DNA of 64,000 bases, from contig JAZLLD010000055.1 in NCBI GenBank assembly GCA_045597945.1, positions 1,985 through 65,984 on the forward strand. Direction: 5' to 3'. A program made the translations under genes and the position numbers. A model generated the notes under the pieces. It did not search any database and had not been told where the DNA came from. It saw only the letters and a list, made by a program, of their open reading frames with translations. The first letter of the stretch is position 1. Each line of letters opens with the position of its first letter. The stretch comes from Bacteroidales bacterium (GTDB lineage: Bacteria > Bacteroidota > Bacteroidia > Bacteroidales > P3). Shown here piece by piece: positions 61,237-64,000 of this stretch.

Positions 61237-61746
61237 CTATTCTTTTTTCAACAAATCCGACATGTCGGAAGTGGATTTCACCTCTACTTGTTGCCCTTCG
61301 CCATTGGCTGGGGTATCCCAAGACGAGTTGTAGAGCGACTGGTCTTTCGGCACTACCACTACAGACCCATCGGGTGTAGATAGTGCTTGCCACTCAGGTT
61401 CAACTTCAGGCTCAGATTCAGGCACAGGCTCTCCTAACATTACGTATCCTTCATATTCACCATGTTCCTCATAACTAGAATCGGCATCGGTTGCCAAATC
61501 AGTCCTATTGCAACTGACATTGGCTAGGGCCAATGCGGCAACACCCGCAACTACTACTTTGCGGCCAAGCGAACGTCTGAGGTTCAACGCATCTTCAAGT
61601 TGGCGAACTTCAGATTCGCACCGAGGGCAAGTCCCGCGACATGGCCCTTGGTGCGTACATTCGGACACCTGGAGGTCAATGCCATTAGCCTCAGCCACCT
61701 GGCGCCGCACATCCTTCAGTATGCGGCATTTATCCTTACCTTTCAT
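61237..61746 (-). CDS. hypothetical Cys-rich single-pass membrane protein
   Basis: 169 aa. N-terminal CRILKD...C-x5-C-x3-C-x2-C (SECTHQGPCRGTCPRC), one TM segment (VVVAGVAALALA), acidic C-terminal tail. Confidence 0.5.
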   Translation of the reverse strand: MKGKDKCRILKDVRRQVAEANGIDLQVSECTHQGPCRGTCPRCESEVRQLEDALNLRRSLGRKVVVAGVAALALANVSCNRTDLATDADSSYEEHGEYEGYVMLGEPVPESEPEVEPEWQALSTPDGSVVVVPKDQSLYNSSWDTPANGEGQQVEVKSTSDMSDLLKKE

Positions 61747-61781
61747 GAGATTAGACGCAAAGGAAATAATTCCACATCAAG

Positions 61782-62156
61782 TTATTTATAATCTTCAGCT
61801 AATGCAATATATTCCTTATTTTGAATGAGAAACAGCAGATACTCCTTATATCGAGCCAGCGCAGGAATGATATTGCCAGGCTTTATATGCGAATTGTCAA
61901 TCAGATTTGTTGAATTATTCTTTCTTCGCTCAATACGCACAGACAACTCTGAAACAAGTGTAATTGCAACTTGCGGAATATCAATCTTAAAGAATAGATT
62001 TACTAAATCTAAATAGTTGGGGCTCATCTCAGGGAACACCTCCAGAACTTGCCTCATGTAAGTGCAATACTGATTTCTTGAATTTTCAGAATTAACGTTC
62101 GAATATCTTTCTAGATATTTTTTATATCCCTTTAGTGGGTAATCTAAGTTTGCCAT
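61782..62156 (-). CDS. hypothetical protein
   Basis: 124-aa AT-rich ORF with an ATG start. No recognisable motifs. Confidence 0.4.
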   Translation of the reverse strand: MANLDYPLKGYKKYLERYSNVNSENSRNQYCTYMRQVLEVFPEMSPNYLDLVNLFFKIDIPQVAITLVSELSVRIERRKNNSTNLIDNSHIKPGNIIPALARYKEYLLFLIQNKEYIALAEDYK

Positions 62157-62255
62157 ATTTAATTCATTTTTTCCAAAATAAAAACCTTATTGTATATTTT
62201 TTGAACCTATAATGACCAACAAGTTGAGTTCATTTAAACCACAGGTAAACTCACT

Positions 62256-63674
62256 CTAGAAATAGAGGTCGCGCTCACCCTCGCCAATCTTGCAGAGGTT
62301 GCCCTCAACTCGTTTTTTGAGATCTTCTTTGGCGAAAGTTTCGGTAAGTTGTTTCAGCAGAGCCATACCTTTGGCCTTGGTGGCGGGGCTGGCATAGTCT
62401 TCCAGATACTCACGGAAGGTGAACATGGCGTTGGGCTTGCAGAACTCCTTGATAAGACCAGGCTTAGCCAAATCCATAAAGTCGGCTCCTACCCTGCCCT
62501 TGCGGTAGCAACCGGTGCAGAAACTGGGGATGTAGCCGCCGTCAATCATAGCACTGATGACTTCGTCGAGCGAACGATGGTCACCCAGAGAGAACTGAGC
62601 GCCAGTCTTTTGATGGGCATTCTCATCAATGCTGCGCTCGCCCTCTTCATAGCCACCAGGATTGGTCTCGCTGGCTGCGGAAATCTGGCTGGCACCATAG
62701 CGCACCAGCTCATCGCGCATCTCTGGACGCTCGCGGGTGCTGATAATGATGCCGGTATAAGGCATAGCTATGCGAATGATGGCCACAATCTTACGGAAGT
62801 CCTTGTCACTCACCGGATGAGGCAGATTCTCGGGCAGACTGAAGGGCGTACCCTCTGCGGGCTCAATACGGGGGAAACTGACGGTGTGAGGGCCGCAACC
62901 ATAGTCTTCCTCCAAGTGGCGGGCATGCTCCATAATGGCAAGAATTTCAAAACGATAGTCGGTCAGGCCGAAAAGAACACCCAGACCCACATCGTTGATG
63001 CCGCCTTCCTGTGCGCGATCCATGCAAGTCAGTCGGTAGAGATAGTCGGACTTGGGACCCGATGGGTGGAATTTCTTGTATTCCACGGGGTCGTAAGTCT
63101 CTTGGAAACAGACGTATGTGCCAATCTTCTCGGCATGCAGCTTAGCGAAATCTTCCACGCTCATGGGCGCCAGCTCCACATTGATGCGGCGGATGGTGCT
63201 ACCCTTCTCATCCTTAGCGGCATAGGTGCGGCGGATGGCCTCCACCATATAGTCGGCATTGTTGCGGGGACTCTCACCACAAATCAGCAAGGCGCGCTTG
63301 TGGCCCATGCGCAACAGCTGCAGCGTCTCCTGCTCTATCTCATCCATGGTCAGCACCTTGCGCAACAGACCGTGATTGTCGCGGCGGAAACCGCAGTAGA
63401 CGCAGTTGTTCACACAGGCGTTGCCCGTATAAATGGGGGCAAACAGCACCAGGCGCTTGCCGTAAATCTCATCTTTGCAGTATTTTGCGGTGTCTAAAAT
63501 CTTCTCAATTTCGGCCTCGTCCTCCACGCAGAGAAGTTTAGCCACATCTTCCAAGTTCAGGCCCTTCAGTTTGCGAGCCTTGTTAAGAATATCGTTCAGT
63601 TCCGACTCGGTGGGAACATTATTGTCAAGCAGACCATACAGTTTGTCGCGGTCGATAAAGTTTTGATGACGCAT
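62256..63674 (-). CDS. hydG: [FeFe] hydrogenase H-cluster radical SAM maturase
   Basis: 472 aa. CVNNCVYCGF radical SAM motif. C-terminal CTGC-x22-C auxiliary cluster motif (FCTGCYRKGR...EFCKPN). Confidence 0.85.
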   Translation of the reverse strand: MRHQNFIDRDKLYGLLDNNVPTESELNDILNKARKLKGLNLEDVAKLLCVEDEAEIEKILDTAKYCKDEIYGKRLVLFAPIYTGNACVNNCVYCGFRRDNHGLLRKVLTMDEIEQETLQLLRMGHKRALLICGESPRNNADYMVEAIRRTYAAKDEKGSTIRRINVELAPMSVEDFAKLHAEKIGTYVCFQETYDPVEYKKFHPSGPKSDYLYRLTCMDRAQEGGINDVGLGVLFGLTDYRFEILAIMEHARHLEEDYGCGPHTVSFPRIEPAEGTPFSLPENLPHPVSDKDFRKIVAIIRIAMPYTGIIISTRERPEMRDELVRYGASQISAASETNPGGYEEGERSIDENAHQKTGAQFSLGDHRSLDEVISAMIDGGYIPSFCTGCYRKGRVGADFMDLAKPGLIKEFCKPNAMFTFREYLEDYASPATKAKGMALLKQLTETFAKEDLKKRVEGNLCKIGEGERDLYF

Positions 63675-63743
63675 ATATTTGATTTTTTGTTTCGAAGTTA
63701 ATGAAGTTTGAAATTCTATAAATCCTTATTTATCCGGCAAATA

Positions 63744-63995
63744 CTACACTTTGCTCTTGGTCACAACCGCCTTGGATTCCACGCCCTCAATTCGCCCCAG
63801 TTTGCCAGTCAAGGCATTGATGCGGTCGGTGGGACCTTCCACAATAAGCGATATCACGGCAATATCTCTGTCGTGAAACGGAAGGCCTTGTCGGCAAAGG
63901 ATGATATCAGCAAAATCCGAAACCACGGCATTGATTTCGGCCGACCTTGTACGGTCTTGAATCAGTATAGTAATTGTTCCTATCCTCTTCTCCAT
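63744..63995 (-). CDS. TM1266-family iron-only hydrogenase system regulator (ACT-like)
   Basis: 83 aa. Small ACT-like protein (IGTITILIQDR...ISLIVEGPTDRINALTGKLGRI) immediately upstream of hydG, as in the TM1266 family. Confidence 0.7.
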   Translation of the reverse strand: MEKRIGTITILIQDRTRSAEINAVVSDFADIILCRQGLPFHDRDIAVISLIVEGPTDRINALTGKLGRIEGVESKAVVTKSKV

Positions 63996-64000
63996 CAGGT

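Overview
This 64-kb chromosomal window looks Bacteroidales (Prevotella-like). That placement is an inference from three things: TAnnTTTG -7 promoter boxes (often ...ttgcaaagatacgaa... on the opposite strand) in front of most operons, no Shine-Dalgarno sequences, and a long-insert Rho.

The housekeeping backbone is as follows:
- glyA, ltaE, rho and gcvH.
- A trimeric [FeFe] hydrogenase, hydC-hydA-hydB, next to a sensory module (2Fe-2S ferredoxin, HydS-like protein, PP2C phosphatase).
- An FMN-riboswitch-controlled ribD-ribE-ribBA operon, plus ribH.
- trmN6-like methyltransferase, HAD phosphatase, pyrC, ADP-forming acetyl-CoA synthetase and pepD.
- ruvX-def, mutL, queC-queD-queE, hydG and a TM1266-type regulator.

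Two accessory loci stand out:
1. 2166-8926 (minus strand). This is a tightly coupled operon of an MmeI-family N6A methyltransferase, an SF2 helicase, an 84-aa protein and a T5orf172(GIY-YIG-like)-ASCH fusion, with a separately promoted MazG-like gene. It is flanked by about 0.9 kb and 1.2 kb of ORF-free DNA, and its about 415-nt leader contains a strongly structured about 210-nt element.
2. 49543-54264 (minus strand). This is an AT-rich HIRAN / DUF262 / DUF262-DUF1524 (GmrSD-like) / WYL cluster.

A third observation may be the least explained. A family of intergenic quasi-palindromic elements is built from phased 11-bp (elsewhere 7- or 9-bp) sequence words. It has three clearly homologous copies (about 16.9, 29.3 and 54.4 kb) and looser relatives at about 1.8-2.1, 9.4-9.9, 11.5, 37.0 and 46.4 kb.

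All family assignments are made by eye from motifs. No HMM, BLAST or folding computation was run. Several ORF-track starts were trimmed to internal ATGs because the listed first codon is TTG or overlaps a promoter box.
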